Origin: a bacterium
Lineage (GTDB): Bacteria; UBA8248
Assembly (NCBI GenBank): GCA_965219955.1
Contig: OZ244799.1
Coordinates: 672,001 to 736,000 of the forward strand
Length of the DNA stretch: 64,000 nucleotides
Direction of reading: 5' to 3'
The notes beneath the pieces are model-generated. The model was not told the origin of the DNA. It saw nothing but the letters and a program-made list of their open reading frames with translations, and ran no database searches. Position 1 is the first letter of the stretch; every line of letters begins with the position of its first letter. This document shows, in pieces, positions 19,841-30,501 of the stretch. A program made the translations under genes and the position numbers.

Positions 19841-20566
19841 ATGGCTGAACCTGAAATCGCTCTCGACATTCAGAACCTGAAAAAGTATTTCGGGGGCATC
19901 AAGGCTGTGGACGGGTGCACCTTCCAGGTGCCCAAGGGTCAGATATCGGGCCTGATCGGACCGAACGGCTCCGGCAAGACCACCACGTTCAACCTGCTCA
20001 CGGGCGTTCTCGAAGCGGACAGCGGCGAGGTGCTCTACAACGGAGAGAACATCGTGGGCTTGAGGCCCTATGAAATTTTCAACAGGGGCATCAGCCGGAC
20101 CTTCCAGATTACGCGCATCTACCGCGAGATGACGGTGTTCGAGAACATGCTCTCCGCATCGAGCATGAAGATACCCGTGCGCGAGGCGCGCGCTCGCGCG
20201 GAGCAGTTGATGGAGTTCGTCACGCTCACGAAACTTCGCGGCGAATATGGCGGAAACCTCTCCTACGGACAGCAGAAACTCCTCGAATTCGCGCGCGCCC
20301 TGATGACGGACCCCGACCTCATCCTCCTCGATGAGCCCGCGGCCGGGGTCAACAGAACCCTGCTCAACAACCTGCTCGACCATATTCACCATCTTCAGGA
20401 AGACCAGGGGAAGACGGTTCTCATCGTGGAGCACGACATGAACGTCATCATGAACCACTGCGAAAAAGTGTTCGTCCTGGACTACGGCGTGAAAATCGCC
20501 GAGGGCCTGCCCGAGGACATTCAGGCGAACGAAGACGTTATCGAAGCATATTTTGGACACAGATAA
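19841..20566 (+). CDS. livG: ABC ATP-binding protein, LivG-like
   Basis: [29 protein letters not shown]. Confidence 0.9.
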   Translation: MAEPEIALDIQNLKKYFGGIKAVDGCTFQVPKGQISGLIGPNGSGKTTTFNLLTGVLEADSGEVLYNGENIVGLRPYEIFNRGISRTFQITRIYREMTVFENMLSASSMKIPVREARARAEQLMEFVTLTKLRGEYGGNLSYGQQKLLEFARALMTDPDLILLDEPAAGVNRTLLNNLLDHIHHLQEDQGKTVLIVEHDMNVIMNHCEKVFVLDYGVKIAEGLPEDIQANEDVIEAYFGHR

Positions 20567-21280
20567 ATGTCACTATTAGAACTCAAGGACATCAATGCGG
20601 GGTACGGCAGAATCCAGATACTCCACGACGTCTCGCTCCACGTGAACGAAAAAGAGGTAGTGGCCGTTATCGGGCCGAACGGCGCGGGAAAATCCACGAC
20701 TTTCAAGATCATCATGGGCTTCATCAACTATCTCGGCGGCGAGATCGAGTTCGACAGCCAGAACATCGTGGGCTTCCGCCCGGATCAGATTCTGGGCCGG
20801 GGGCTGGGCTACGTGCCGCAGGGCCGCATCGTCTTCAATCAGATGACGGTCAAGGAAAACCTGGAGATGGGCGCCTACATCGAGCGCGATCAGAAGAAGA
20901 TCAACGACGCGATGGATTACGTCTTCACGCTCTTCCCGCGCCTCGGCGAGCGGCAGAAGCAGTTGGGCGGCACGATGAGCGGCGGCGAGCAGCAGATGCT
21001 GGCCATGGGCCGCGCCCTGATGACGAGGCCCAAGATGATCATGCTCGACGAGCCGTCCCTGGGCTTGAGCCCCCGATTCGTAACGGAGGTGTTCGAGAAA
21101 ATCGTGAGCCTCGCCAAGGAAGGGCTGACGATCATGCTCGTCGAGCAGAACGCCGCGCGCGCTCTCGAGATTTCGGACCGTGGCTACGTGCTGGAACTCG
21201 GCAGGAACCGCTATGAGGGCGGCGGCCACGAACTCCTGAACAACCAGGAAGTCAAGATGATGTACCTGGGCGGCGGCTAG
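20567..21280 (+). CDS. livF: ABC ATP-binding protein, LivF-like
   Basis: GPNGAGKS, MSGGEQQMLA, LDEPSLGL, LVEQN. Confidence 0.9.
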   Translation: MSLLELKDINAGYGRIQILHDVSLHVNEKEVVAVIGPNGAGKSTTFKIIMGFINYLGGEIEFDSQNIVGFRPDQILGRGLGYVPQGRIVFNQMTVKENLEMGAYIERDQKKINDAMDYVFTLFPRLGERQKQLGGTMSGGEQQMLAMGRALMTRPKMIMLDEPSLGLSPRFVTEVFEKIVSLAKEGLTIMLVEQNAARALEISDRGYVLELGRNRYEGGGHELLNNQEVKMMYLGGG

Positions 21281-21461
21281 CGCCCTCTCATCCCCCGGCA
21301 GTCGTATCCTCTCAAAGCCTGAAACGCTCTCCGGCCTTTCTGTCCGGTGAAATCTCTCCACTTCGTTATACCCATGTCGCCCAAACGGCATCCTTCGGGA
21401 AGTGTTGAAAAACCCCCTGAAAGGGAAACCCCATAAAGGCACCCCCCCTACCCCCCTTGTC

Positions 21462-21740
21462 GGGGCTGTTGAAAAAGTCTTCACATCTCCCTCATCCTGA
21501 GTAGCGGCCCCTCGACTCCGCTCGGGACAGGCTCCGCCCCCACCTTCCTCATCCTGAGTAGCCGCCGAAGGCGGCGTATCGAAGGTCAAACGCGATTGAT
21601 GAATGAGTGTTTGCTCTCGCCCGGCGCGAGACGTTCGACTCCCCCCGCCCTTCGATACACCGCCTTCGGCGGCTACTCAGGGTGAGGAAAGAGGTGTTGG
21701 CGGTTTGCGGGGGTCGCAGACGGGCTTTTTCAACGGTCTC
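21462..21740. mobile_element. Nested 279-bp MITE-like container with perfect 5-bp TSD
   Basis: GGGGCTGTTGAAAAAG...CTTTTTCAACGGTCTC flanked by TTGTC (21457-21461) and TTGTC (21741-21745); carries an inverted CCTCATCCTGAGTAG...GTATCGAAGG doublet (21547-21585 / 21649-21687). Confidence 0.75.
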
Positions 21741-21798
21741 TTGTCAGGGGGCAAGAAATACCCCTCGCTTTGCTTGGGATTGACCTTCGCCTCCGCTC

Positions 21799-22013
21799 GT
21801 CATTCCGGCGAAAGCCGGAATCCATTTTCGCCTTTATCTTTGGCCTTTCGCCCGGACCTCCTCTCTCCCAACCGGGGAAGATACGGGCGCCGCCATATAT
21901 ATCCGCCTCATCCGTTCCGGATTTGGGCGCGCCGCTCTCTCCCGCGAGTCGGAGTCAAATGCGAAAACGAAAGCAAAAATCATAAAATGGATTCCGGCTT
22001 TCGCCGGAATGAC
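21799..22013. repeat. GTCATTCCGGCGAAAGCCGGAATCCA inverted-doublet element
   Basis: 26-bp perfect inverted termini; related copies at 36049-36261, 60676-60888 and 62363-62513. Confidence 0.85.
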
Positions 22014-22070
22014 GGCGGGAGGGTTTGCGGTTTTCGTAGGGGTCGGACATATATGTCCTATATGGACGCC

Positions 22071-22330
22071 CACGAGAATGCAAGCGGTTTTTGGGGAGGG
22101 TTCGGCGCAAAGCGGTTCGGCTCAGTCGTATATCCGGCCTCTTCGTTGCGGCGCTTTACTCTGGCCGCGGGCCCGTATGGAGATAGGTGGACCGGGTCCA
22201 AATCGACCTGGTGAGCTCGGTGGCTCTGGACACGCATCTGGTTTTCCCGGTCCCGTCTCGATGACCGTTTGCCCTTACCCTTCCTCCGGCCTGCTCACAT
22301 TCCTCCCGGCTCTATCCGTGCGCCCGCCGC
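22071..22330 (-). ncRNA. Putative bridge/seek RNA in the non-coding region downstream of the transposase
   Basis: ~260-nt 3' non-coding region typical of the IS1111 group; stem GGACCGGG/CCCGGTCC (22189-22196 / 22246-22253) encloses an internal loop with target-like segments. Confidence 0.7.
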
Positions 22331-23356
22331 TCAGGCGAGGGGCGCCGGCTCCCTGTAGACATCCTTGTTCCGCATCAGCGCCCACGCGATGCGCGCCATC
22401 CGGTTCGCCAGCGCCACCGCCACCACCTTCCTCGGCTTGCGCGCCAGCATCCGCGCCAGCCACGGACACGGCGGCTTCCGGCGACGCCCCGCCCAGCGTA
22501 TCTCCGACATCGCGCCCGATATCAACAGACGCCTCACGTCGCGCTGGCCCATCTTCGACATGCCCCCCAGACGGGGCTTGCCCCCCGTGGAGTGCTGCCG
22601 GGGAACCAGACCCAGCCAGGCCGAGAAGTCACGGCCCCGACGGAAGTTCTCCACCGGCGGCGCGAACGCCCGGATCGCCGACGCCGTAATCGGACCAACA
22701 CCCGGGATGCTCATCAGACGCCGCGCCTCCTCGTCCGCGTATGCGCTCGCCCGGAGCCGTCCGGTCAACTCCCGGACCTTCGCATCGAGGCCGCCAATCT
22801 GGGCGAGCAGAATCCCGCCCAACTCGCGGACCTCCTCGGGCAGGCCCGATTCCGCTCCCCGAACCGCCGCCGCCAGCCGTGTGAGGCCCACGGGCCCTTG
22901 CCGCTCGACGACCCCGAACTCCGCCAGGTGGCTGCGCAGCGCGTTGCGCGCCTGCGTGCGCTGACCCACCAGCAAATCCCGCGTGCGGTACTCCATCCCA
23001 CACCCCTGCTGCGCTTCGCTCTTCACCGCCACGAAGCGCATCGTCGCCCGGGTGGCCGCCTCGCAAATGGCCTCCGCATCCGCCGCGTCGTTCTTGTGGC
23101 GCTTCACGTAGGGCTTCACGTAGACCGGCGGCATGAGCCGAACCTCATGGCCGAGCTTGCCGACCTCGCGCCCCCAGTAGTGCGCGCTCGCGCACGCCTC
23201 CATCGCCACCACGCATCGAGGCTGCGACGACAGAAACTCCAGCACCTTCGCCCGCGTCAGCTTCTTGCGGAACGCGACCCGCCCGTCCGCCCACGCGCCG
23301 TGGAGTTGAAAACTGTGTTTCGCCAAGTCGACCCCGATGATGTAGACTCCTCCCAT
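22331..23356 (-). CDS. IS110 family DEDD transposase/recombinase (341 aa, apparently intact)
   Basis: GVDLAK, AMEACA, KNDAADAEAI, IPGVGPITA, WLGLVPRQHSTGG; RBS GGAAGGAG. Confidence 0.96.
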   Translation of the reverse strand: MGGVYIIGVDLAKHSFQLHGAWADGRVAFRKKLTRAKVLEFLSSQPRCVVAMEACASAHYWGREVGKLGHEVRLMPPVYVKPYVKRHKNDAADAEAICEAATRATMRFVAVKSEAQQGCGMEYRTRDLLVGQRTQARNALRSHLAEFGVVERQGPVGLTRLAAAVRGAESGLPEEVRELGGILLAQIGGLDAKVRELTGRLRASAYADEEARRLMSIPGVGPITASAIRAFAPPVENFRRGRDFSAWLGLVPRQHSTGGKPRLGGMSKMGQRDVRRLLISGAMSEIRWAGRRRKPPCPWLARMLARKPRKVVAVALANRMARIAWALMRNKDVYREPAPLA

Positions 23357-23475
23357 GGTCGTCTCCTTCCGGGCGGTGTGTGACGTCGTCTCGCCACATT
23401 CTAATCCGCCGGAAGGAGGCGTCCACCCCATCGACTGTGTGTTCTCCCGTTTTCCGTGTTCTCGTCCGAGCGATT

Positions 23476-23501
23476 GGGCGGACACGCAGGTCCGCCCCTA
23501 C
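23476..23501 (-). repeat. GTAG-type REP (partner of the IS-interrupted REP at 22036)
   Basis: Reverse complement is GTAGGGGCGGACCTGCGTGTCCGCCC. Confidence 0.75.
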
Positions 23502-23608
23502 ATATCGAACCCGATGGAGCAGGGCTTTTTCAACAACCCCCTTTGCGCTAGGCTTGCGCTTCGACTCTATGCTATAAATGCTTGCTCCGCTCGGGAGGGT
23601 TTCGCGAC

Positions 23609-24259
23609 ATGATCCGCGTGAAGATCTGTGGGGTGACGACGGTTCAGGATGCGGAATTCGCCCTGGAAGCAGGCGCTGACGCCCTGGGGCTGAATTTCGT
23701 TCCGGGCACTCCCCGGTGCCTGGAGGTGGCGCAGGCGAAGGAGATTGCCGAGGCGCTGCCGCCGTTCGGGACGCGGGTCGGCGTTTTCGTGAACGAACCC
23801 CCCGAGCATGTGATGGAAATCGCGCATCGCGTCGGTCTGGACGCGGCGCAGCTTCATGGCGATGAAACGCCGGAGGATTGTTGTTGGCTGATTGAACGGG
23901 GCTTGCGCGTGATCCGGGCCTTGCGGGTGAAGGGGCCCGAGACGATAGCGCAGATAGACGCGTTTACCGGTTGCGCGATATTGCTGGACGCCTACGTGAA
24001 GGGCGCGCTCGGAGGCACGGGCGAGACTTTCGATTGGGAATTGGCCCGGCAGGCGGCCGTTGCGAGACCCATCATCCTCTCGGGTGGCCTCAAGCCCGGG
24101 AACGTGGGCGAAGCGGTGAGGAGCGTTCAGCCCTACGGCGTGGATTCGAGCAGCGGGGTAGAGGGCGCGGTTCCGGGCCGAAAAGACCCCGAGCGGACTT
24201 TAAGTTTCATCGAAAACGCGCGCGCGGCGGTATCCGAGTTAGAGGAAATGAAAAGATGA
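23609..24259 (+). CDS. trpF: Phosphoribosylanthranilate isomerase
   Basis: [35 protein letters not shown]. Confidence 0.95.
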   Translation: MIRVKICGVTTVQDAEFALEAGADALGLNFVPGTPRCLEVAQAKEIAEALPPFGTRVGVFVNEPPEHVMEIAHRVGLDAAQLHGDETPEDCCWLIERGLRVIRALRVKGPETIAQIDAFTGCAILLDAYVKGALGGTGETFDWELARQAAVARPIILSGGLKPGNVGEAVRSVQPYGVDSSSGVEGAVPGRKDPERTLSFIENARAAVSELEEMKR

Positions 24260-25473
24260 GCGAAATGGTTTCTAAAGGAAGGTTCGGTCGATTCGGGGGG
24301 CGCTATGTCCCGGAAACCCTCATGCCCGCTCTCGAGGAACTGGAAGTTGCCTACGAGGAGGCCCGCGGCGACCCGGCGTATCATGAAGAACTCGCCTATT
24401 ATCTGAGTGAATTCGTGGGCAGACCCACGCCGCTGTATCTGGCGGAGCGCCTCTCCGATCATCTGGGCGTGCTGCGGGTCTATCTCAAGCGTGAAGACCT
24501 CTGCCACACGGGCGCCCACAAAATAAACAACACGCTCGCCCAGGTTCTTCTGGCCAGGAGGCTGGGGAAAACGCGCATCATCGCGGAGACGGGAGCGGGC
24601 CAGCACGGGGTGGCCACCGCCACGGCGGCGGCGCTCTTTGGTCTCGATTGCGACGTCTACATGGGCGAGGAGGACATCGGGAGGCAATCGCTCAACGTGT
24701 TCCGAATGCGCCTTCTGGGCGCGCGGGTGATCCCGGTCACCTCGGGCAGCAAGACCCTGAAGGACGCCACGAACGAGACGCTGCGCGACTGGACGGCTTC
24801 CGTGCGGACGACCCACTACATCATCGGCTCAGTGGTGGGGCCGCATCCGTTCCCGGAGATGATACGCGATTTCCAGTCCGTCATCGGGCGCGAGGCGCGC
24901 GCGCAGATTCTCGAGGCCGAAGGCCGGCTCCCCGACGCCTGCGTGGCCTGCGTGGGAGGGGGCAGCAATTCCATCGGCCTGTTCCATCCCTTCGTGAATG
25001 ACGAAGACGTCGAACTCATCGGCGTGGAAGCCGGGGGCCGGGGCCTGGACACCGAGGAGCATGGCGCGTCCCTGACCGCCGGCCGCGTGGGCGTTCTGCA
25101 CGGCTGCGAGACGTTTTTGCTCTATGACGATGACGGCCAGATCATCCCCGCCCATTCGGTGTCCGCTGGTCTCGATTACCCCGGCGTGGGGCCCGAGCAC
25201 GCCCATTTGAAGGATTCCGGGCGCGCGCGCTACGTGACGGTCGAAGACCACGACGCGCTCAAGTCGTTTCAGAAGCTCTCCGTGCTGGAGGGTATCATTC
25301 CCGCGTTCGAGAGCGCCCACGCGATTTCCTGGCTGGATCGCCTGGCCGAGGAGACGAGAGAAGCCGGCGGGATGAAGACCGTGGTCCTTTGCCTCTCCGG
25401 ACGGGGGGACAAGGACGTGCATCAGGCGGAGGGCCTTTTGACGGAAATGCTCGATGACGAGGAAGTGCGCTGA
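24256..25473 (+). CDS. trpB: Tryptophan synthase beta chain
   Basis: [46 protein letters not shown]. Confidence 0.97.
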   Translation: MSEMVSKGRFGRFGGRYVPETLMPALEELEVAYEEARGDPAYHEELAYYLSEFVGRPTPLYLAERLSDHLGVLRVYLKREDLCHTGAHKINNTLAQVLLARRLGKTRIIAETGAGQHGVATATAAALFGLDCDVYMGEEDIGRQSLNVFRMRLLGARVIPVTSGSKTLKDATNETLRDWTASVRTTHYIIGSVVGPHPFPEMIRDFQSVIGREARAQILEAEGRLPDACVACVGGGSNSIGLFHPFVNDEDVELIGVEAGGRGLDTEEHGASLTAGRVGVLHGCETFLLYDDDGQIIPAHSVSAGLDYPGVGPEHAHLKDSGRARYVTVEDHDALKSFQKLSVLEGIIPAFESAHAISWLDRLAEETREAGGMKTVVLCLSGRGDKDVHQAEGLLTEMLDDEEVR

Positions 25474-26291
25474 TGAACCATAGACTGGAAGCGTGTTTCG
25501 ACCGTTTGCGTACTGAAGGCCGGGCCGGTCTGTTCCCGTTCGTCACCGCGGGCGACCCGGATCTGGGCTTCACCCGCGAGTTGCTGCCCCTCATGACGGA
25601 GGCGGGAGCGGATGGGTTCGAAATCGGGGTTCCCTTCAGCGATCCCCTGGCGGACGGCCCCACCATCCAGCGATCGAGCATGCGCTCGCTTGCGAAAGGA
25701 ACCCGCCTGAGCGGCGTCCTGGAGATGGTGGGCGAGGTCCGCGCGGATATACCGGATACGCCGCTGGTGCTGATGACGTATTACAACCCCATCATCGCCA
25801 TGGGCCTGTCGGAATTCGTGCGCGGCGCATCGCAGGTGGGGGCCGACGCCGTCATCGTGCCCGACCTGCCGCCCGAAGAAGCGGGCGCCCTCCTCGGGAT
25901 CATGAACGATTACCCGCTCGAGACCGTCTTCATGCTCGCGCCCACGAGCACGCAGGAACGCATCGAACTGGTGAACGACGTGGGCGGCGGCTTCATCTAC
26001 TACGTCGGGCAGATGGGGGTGACCGGCGCGCGCGACGCCCTGGATTCGGATTTGGGCGCCACGCTGGGGCGGATCAACCGGGTGAAGGACCGGCCCGTTC
26101 TCGTGGGGTTCGGCATCAAGACGCCCGAGCAGGCCGCGGAGGTGGCCGGGCACGCCGATGGCGTCATCGTGGGCAGCGCCCTGATAGACGTCATGGAGGC
26201 GGAAGCGTCGCGTGAGGACAAGATGCGCGCGGCCTGCGATTACATCGCCTCTTTGCGGGAAGGCCTCGATCGCTCAAAAACGGTTTCTTGA
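25473..26291 (+). CDS. trpA: Tryptophan synthase alpha chain
   Basis: EIGVPFSDPLADGPTIQ, PDLPPEE, GVTG, ADGVIVGSA. Confidence 0.97.
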   Translation: MNHRLEACFDRLRTEGRAGLFPFVTAGDPDLGFTRELLPLMTEAGADGFEIGVPFSDPLADGPTIQRSSMRSLAKGTRLSGVLEMVGEVRADIPDTPLVLMTYYNPIIAMGLSEFVRGASQVGADAVIVPDLPPEEAGALLGIMNDYPLETVFMLAPTSTQERIELVNDVGGGFIYYVGQMGVTGARDALDSDLGATLGRINRVKDRPVLVGFGIKTPEQAAEVAGHADGVIVGSALIDVMEAEASREDKMRAACDYIASLREGLDRSKTVS

Positions 26292-26346
26292 CATTCAATT
26301 TCAACATGACGCGTAAGAATCTGTAGATTATTTCGAGGGTAATGCC

Positions 26347-27759
26347 ATGTCGAAAAACACGCTCTACGATAAGGTCTGGGATTCCCATACCGTGGCCAGA
26401 CTCGATTCGGGCCAGGACCAGATTTTCATCGGCCTGCACCTCATCCACGAGGTCACCACGCCCCAGGCGTTCGGGATGCTCAAGGAAATCGGCGCCGGCG
26501 TCGCTTTCCCCGACCGCACGATGGGGACGGTGGACCACATCATCCCCACGCTGAGCCAGATAAGGCCCTACGAGGACGAGCAGGCCGAGAAGATGATGGC
26601 CGCCCTGGAGCAGAACGTGGACGAGTTCGGCGTCCGCTTTCTGCACCTGGATTCCGGCAAGCAGGGCATCGTCCACGTCATCGGGCCGGAACTGGGACTC
26701 AGCCAGCCCGGCATGACCATCGCCTGCGGCGACAGCCACACGAGCACGCACGGCGCGATGGGCTCTCTGGGTTTCGGCATCGGCACGACCGAGGTGGGCC
26801 ACGTCCTGGCGACGCAGACCCTGGCGCTGAACCGTCTGAAGGTGAAGCGAATCGAGGTCACGGGCGCTCTCGGCCCGGGCGTGACGCCCAAGGACGTGAC
26901 CTTGCGGGTCATCCACGATCTGGGCATCAAGGGCGGCCTGGGCTTCGCCTATGAGTACGGCGGCGACGTTTTCGACGCCATGTCGATGGAAGGGCGCATG
27001 ACGGTCTGCAACATGAGCATCGAGGGCGGCGCCCGCATCGGCTATGTGAATCCGGACGAGACGACGTTCGAATATCTCGAGGGCCGCGAGTTCAGCCCCG
27101 AGGGAGAAGCCTGGGAGAGGGGCCTCGCGTACTGGCGGGAGATCGCCTCGGGCGATGACGCGGAATATGACGACGTCTACGAGATTGCGGGCGAATCCAT
27201 CGAGCCGATGGTCACCTGGGGCATCAATCCGGGGCATTCGGTCGGGATTTCACAGCCGCTCCCCGATGTGGACAGCTTCGCGGGCGAGGACAGGAAAACG
27301 GCGGAACACGGCTATGATTTCATGGATTTGAAGCCCGGCGAGGCGCTATCGGGCACGAAGGTCGACGTCGCCTTCCTGGGTTCGTGCACGAACTCGAGAA
27401 TCTCAGACCTGCGCGAGGGCGCACGTCTGATGAAGGGCAACAAGGTGCACCCGGGGGTCAGGATGCTGGTGGTGCCCGGCTCCCAGCAGGTGAAGCAGCA
27501 GGCCGAAGAAGAGGGATTGCACGAAATTTTCACCGAAGCGGGTGCGGAGTGGCGCGAAGCGGGATGCTCGATGTGCCTGGGGATGAACCCGGATCAACTC
27601 GTGGGAGCGGAGAGGAGCATTTCCTCCTCGAACCGCAATTTCATCGGGCGTCAGGGCAGCCCGCGCGGAAGAACGCACCTGGGCAGTCCGGCCGTTGTCG
27701 CCTCATCGGCGATTGCGGGCTGCATCGCGGACCCCAGAGAGATGGGAGAATCAGCATGA
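26347..27759 (+). CDS. leuC: 3-isopropylmalate dehydratase large subunit
   Basis: [45 protein letters not shown]. Confidence 0.97.
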   Translation: MSKNTLYDKVWDSHTVARLDSGQDQIFIGLHLIHEVTTPQAFGMLKEIGAGVAFPDRTMGTVDHIIPTLSQIRPYEDEQAEKMMAALEQNVDEFGVRFLHLDSGKQGIVHVIGPELGLSQPGMTIACGDSHTSTHGAMGSLGFGIGTTEVGHVLATQTLALNRLKVKRIEVTGALGPGVTPKDVTLRVIHDLGIKGGLGFAYEYGGDVFDAMSMEGRMTVCNMSIEGGARIGYVNPDETTFEYLEGREFSPEGEAWERGLAYWREIASGDDAEYDDVYEIAGESIEPMVTWGINPGHSVGISQPLPDVDSFAGEDRKTAEHGYDFMDLKPGEALSGTKVDVAFLGSCTNSRISDLREGARLMKGNKVHPGVRMLVVPGSQQVKQQAEEEGLHEIFTEAGAEWREAGCSMCLGMNPDQLVGAERSISSSNRNFIGRQGSPRGRTHLGSPAVVASSAIAGCIADPREMGESA

Positions 27760-28364
27760 GCGCGAATCGAATCGAAAAAATCGTGGGCAAGGCCATTCCC
27801 ATACCCCGTGACGACATCGATACCGACAGGATCACGCCGGCCCGGTTTCTCAAGTCCATTACCTTCGAGGGCATCGAGAAGGCCCTGTTTTGCGATGAGC
27901 GCGAGAACACGCCCGACCATCCCGTCGACAACCCGGCCCACAAGGGGGCCAACATGATGTTCGTGGGCAAGAACTTCGGTTCGGGCTCCTCGCGCGAGCA
28001 CGCCCCGCAGGCGCTCAAGCGCTTCGGGGTCGAGGTGCTCGTCGGGGTATCGTTCGCCGAGATTTTTGCGGGAAACTGCTTCGCCATCGGCGTGCCGCTC
28101 GGCGTGGCGTCGGCGGATGACGTGAATGAGCTGATCAAGCAGGCGCAGGAAGAGCCGGAGACGCGCTTCACCGTGGACATCAGGAATTCCGCGGTCAGCT
28201 TCGGGGAGCGCGTCATCCCCATCGACATCCAGGAGACGCGCAAAAACGCATTTTTATCCGGCACCTGGGACATGCTCGCCAATTTGCGGGGCAATCTGCC
28301 CCGGGTCGAGGAAGTGGCGCAAAGCCTGCCTTACGTCACGAATTTCGAGAGCGAAGCGGAATAA
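27756..28364 (+). CDS. leuD: 3-isopropylmalate dehydratase small subunit
   Basis: [31 protein letters not shown]. Confidence 0.95.
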   Translation: MSANRIEKIVGKAIPIPRDDIDTDRITPARFLKSITFEGIEKALFCDERENTPDHPVDNPAHKGANMMFVGKNFGSGSSREHAPQALKRFGVEVLVGVSFAEIFAGNCFAIGVPLGVASADDVNELIKQAQEEPETRFTVDIRNSAVSFGERVIPIDIQETRKNAFLSGTWDMLANLRGNLPRVEEVAQSLPYVTNFESEAE

Positions 28365-28382
28365 GAAAGAGAGGAGTTTTCA

Positions 28383-29471
28383 GTGAGCAGTTACCAGATA
28401 GCCGTATTGCCGGGCGACGGCATCGGCCAGGAGGTGGTGGCGCAGGCGCGCTCCGCACTTGAGGCGGCGGGCGCTCGCTTCGGCGCGGAATTCGGGTTCG
28501 AAGAAGGCCTTTGCGGCGGCGCGGCTTATGACGCGACGGGCGAACCCCTGCCCGAGGAAACCCTCGCCCTCTGCCGCAGGAGCGATGCCGGCCTGTTCGG
28601 CGCCGTGGGAGGTCCCCGGTGGGATGAACTGCCGCGCGACAAACGCCCCGAGCAGGCCATCCTCGGCTTGCGGAAAGAGTTGAACCTCTTCGCCAATCTA
28701 AGGCCCGCCGTCATGTTCGACCCTCTGGTGGAAGCCTCCTCGCTCAAGCCCGAGGTGGTGCGCGGACTCGACATGCTCGTCGTGCGCGAGGGCGTGAGCG
28801 GCATATATTTCGGCCAGCCGAGGGGCATCGAGCGGCTCTCGGCGGATGAGGAAAAAGCGGTCGACACGATGACGTACACCACGGGCGAGATTCGCCAGAT
28901 CGTCCGGCTCGCGTTCGAGTTGGCGTCCGTGCGCGGGAAAAAACTCTGCTCGGTCGACAAGGAGAACGTTCTCGACAACAGCCGCCTTTGGCGCAGGGTC
29001 GCCGCGGACGTGGCCGGGGAATTCCCGGAAGTCGAAACCAGCCACATGTACGTCGACAACGCGGCGATGCAACTGATCCGCGACCCGCTGCAATTCGACG
29101 TCATCGTCACGGGCAACATGTTCGGCGACATCCTGAGCGACTGCGCCTCCATGCTCACGGGCTCCATCGGCATGCTCGCCTCGGCGAACCTGAACGAGAC
29201 CGGCTTCGGCTTGTATGAGCCGGTGCACGGCACGGCGCCCGACATCGCCGGCCAGGACAAGGCGAACCCGATCGCGGCCATCATGTCGGCGGCCATGCTG
29301 TGCCGCTATTCGCTAAAGCGCGTGGACGTGGCCGAAGCCATCGAGGCGGCCGTGGCCGCGGCGCTCGATGAGGGTCTCAGGACGTCCGACATCCACACGC
29401 CCGGCGCTGTGGCTGTGGGTTGCGCCGAGATGGGCGCGCGCATCGCCGCCCTGGCGGGAGGAGCCTCGTGA
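28383..29471 (+). CDS. leuB: 3-isopropylmalate dehydrogenase
   Basis: LPGDGIG, LFANLRP, NMFGDILSD, YEPVHGTAPDIAG. Confidence 0.96.
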   Translation: MSSYQIAVLPGDGIGQEVVAQARSALEAAGARFGAEFGFEEGLCGGAAYDATGEPLPEETLALCRRSDAGLFGAVGGPRWDELPRDKRPEQAILGLRKELNLFANLRPAVMFDPLVEASSLKPEVVRGLDMLVVREGVSGIYFGQPRGIERLSADEEKAVDTMTYTTGEIRQIVRLAFELASVRGKKLCSVDKENVLDNSRLWRRVAADVAGEFPEVETSHMYVDNAAMQLIRDPLQFDVIVTGNMFGDILSDCASMLTGSIGMLASANLNETGFGLYEPVHGTAPDIAGQDKANPIAAIMSAAMLCRYSLKRVDVAEAIEAAVAAALDEGLRTSDIHTPGAVAVGCAEMGARIAALAGGAS

Positions 29472-30481
29472 TGCGCGTCGCCGTCGCCGGCGCCACGGGC
29501 GCCGTGGGCCGGGAGATGCTCAGGATTCTGGAGGAGCGCAAGTTTCCCGCCGATGAGGTCGATTTGCTCGCGAGCGAGCGCAGCGCGGGCCGGAAAATCC
29601 CGTTTCGGGGCTCGGAGCTTACGGTGAGCCGGCTCACGCAGGATGCGTTCTGTGGCGTGGACCTGGCGCTTTTTTCCTGCGGCGCTTCGCGCTCGATCGA
29701 GTTCGCGCCCGCGGCCGTCAAATCCGGCGCGGTCGTGGTGGATAATTCCAGCGCCTTCCGCATGGATGAGAGCGTTCCCCTCGTGGTGCCGGAGGTGAAC
29801 CCGGACGCGATGGCCGCTCACCAGGGGATCATCGCCAACCCGAACTGCTCCACCATCCAGCTCGTGGTGGCGCTCAAACCCCTGCACGACGCCGCCCGCA
29901 TCAGGCGAGTCGTGGTCAGCACCTACCAGGCGGTGAGCGGGGCGGGGCAGGCCGCGGTAGACGAGATGCAGGCGCAAGTCGAGGGCGACGCCTCGGCGCC
30001 AGAGAAAATGCCCCATGAGATCGCCTTCAACTGCCTGCCCCATATCGACGTCTTTTTAGAGGGCGGCCATACCAAAGAAGAGAAGAAGATGGTCGATGAG
30101 ACGCGGAAGATCATGGGTGCGCCTCATCTGGCCGTCAGCGCAACCTGCGTGCGGGTGCCCGTTTACAACGCGCACTCGGAATCCGTGAACGTGGAGTTCG
30201 AGGAGTCCGTTTCCCCCGGGGAGGCGCGGGAATTGCTGGCGCGCGCGCCGGGCGTTGAGGTGGTGGATGACGTGGAATCGTTCTCCTATCCCATGCCCAA
30301 GGACGCCGACGGTGAGGACCCGGTGTATGTCGGGCGCATCCGCCGGGACGATTCCCGCGAAAACACCCTCAACCTGTGGGTGGTTGCCGATAATCTCAGG
30401 AAAGGCGCCGCCCTGAACGCGGTGCAGATAGCCGAGGCGCTGATAGAGAAGGGAATGCTCCGGGCGGCCCCGGTGAAATGA
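29471..30481 (+). CDS. asd: Aspartate-semialdehyde dehydrogenase
   Basis: GATGAVG, DNSSAFR, ANPNCST, STYQAVSGAG, DNLRKGAALN. Confidence 0.97.
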   Translation: MRVAVAGATGAVGREMLRILEERKFPADEVDLLASERSAGRKIPFRGSELTVSRLTQDAFCGVDLALFSCGASRSIEFAPAAVKSGAVVVDNSSAFRMDESVPLVVPEVNPDAMAAHQGIIANPNCSTIQLVVALKPLHDAARIRRVVVSTYQAVSGAGQAAVDEMQAQVEGDASAPEKMPHEIAFNCLPHIDVFLEGGHTKEEKKMVDETRKIMGAPHLAVSATCVRVPVYNAHSESVNVEFEESVSPGEARELLARAPGVEVVDDVESFSYPMPKDADGEDPVYVGRIRRDDSRENTLNLWVVADNLRKGAALNAVQIAEALIEKGMLRAAPVK

Positions 30482-30501
30482 TGTCGAACGAGGTTATATA
30501 A

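Larger units (their letters stand above)
22059..23432 (-). mobile_element. IS110 family, IS1111 group insertion sequence inserted in a GTAG-type REP hairpin
   Basis: Sub-terminal IRs ATGGACGCC (22062-22070) and GGCGTCCAC (23418-23426), 3 nt and ~6 nt from the ends; no TSD; removal restores the palindrome GTCGGACATATATGTCCGAC. Confidence 0.88.
21398..23540. mobile_element. Composite MITE-like container 1 (holds a nested container, several repeat families and the IS1111 element)
   Basis: Left end GGAAGTGTTGAAAAA, right end TTTTTCAACAACCCC; flanks CTTCG/CTTTG (4/5 match, putative target-site duplication). Confidence 0.6.

Noticed and set aside
21398-22058. Possible CRISPR array in the repeat clusters (also at 35.7, 44.9, 54.6 and 60.5 kb)
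   Set aside because: Repeats are inverted doublets of mixed families, not direct repeats with regular unique spacers; no cas genes in the window.
23971-24255. N-terminal extension of TrpB (similar over-extensions for leuD, asd, Rieske, atzF and the enolase)
   Set aside because: They overlap upstream genes or repeats; family homology and RBS/overlap patterns point to the downstream starts.
26288-26346. leu attenuator or promoter upstream of leuC
   Set aside because: TTGACA is present but there is no well-spaced -10 box and no Leu-rich leader peptide in the 55-bp gap.
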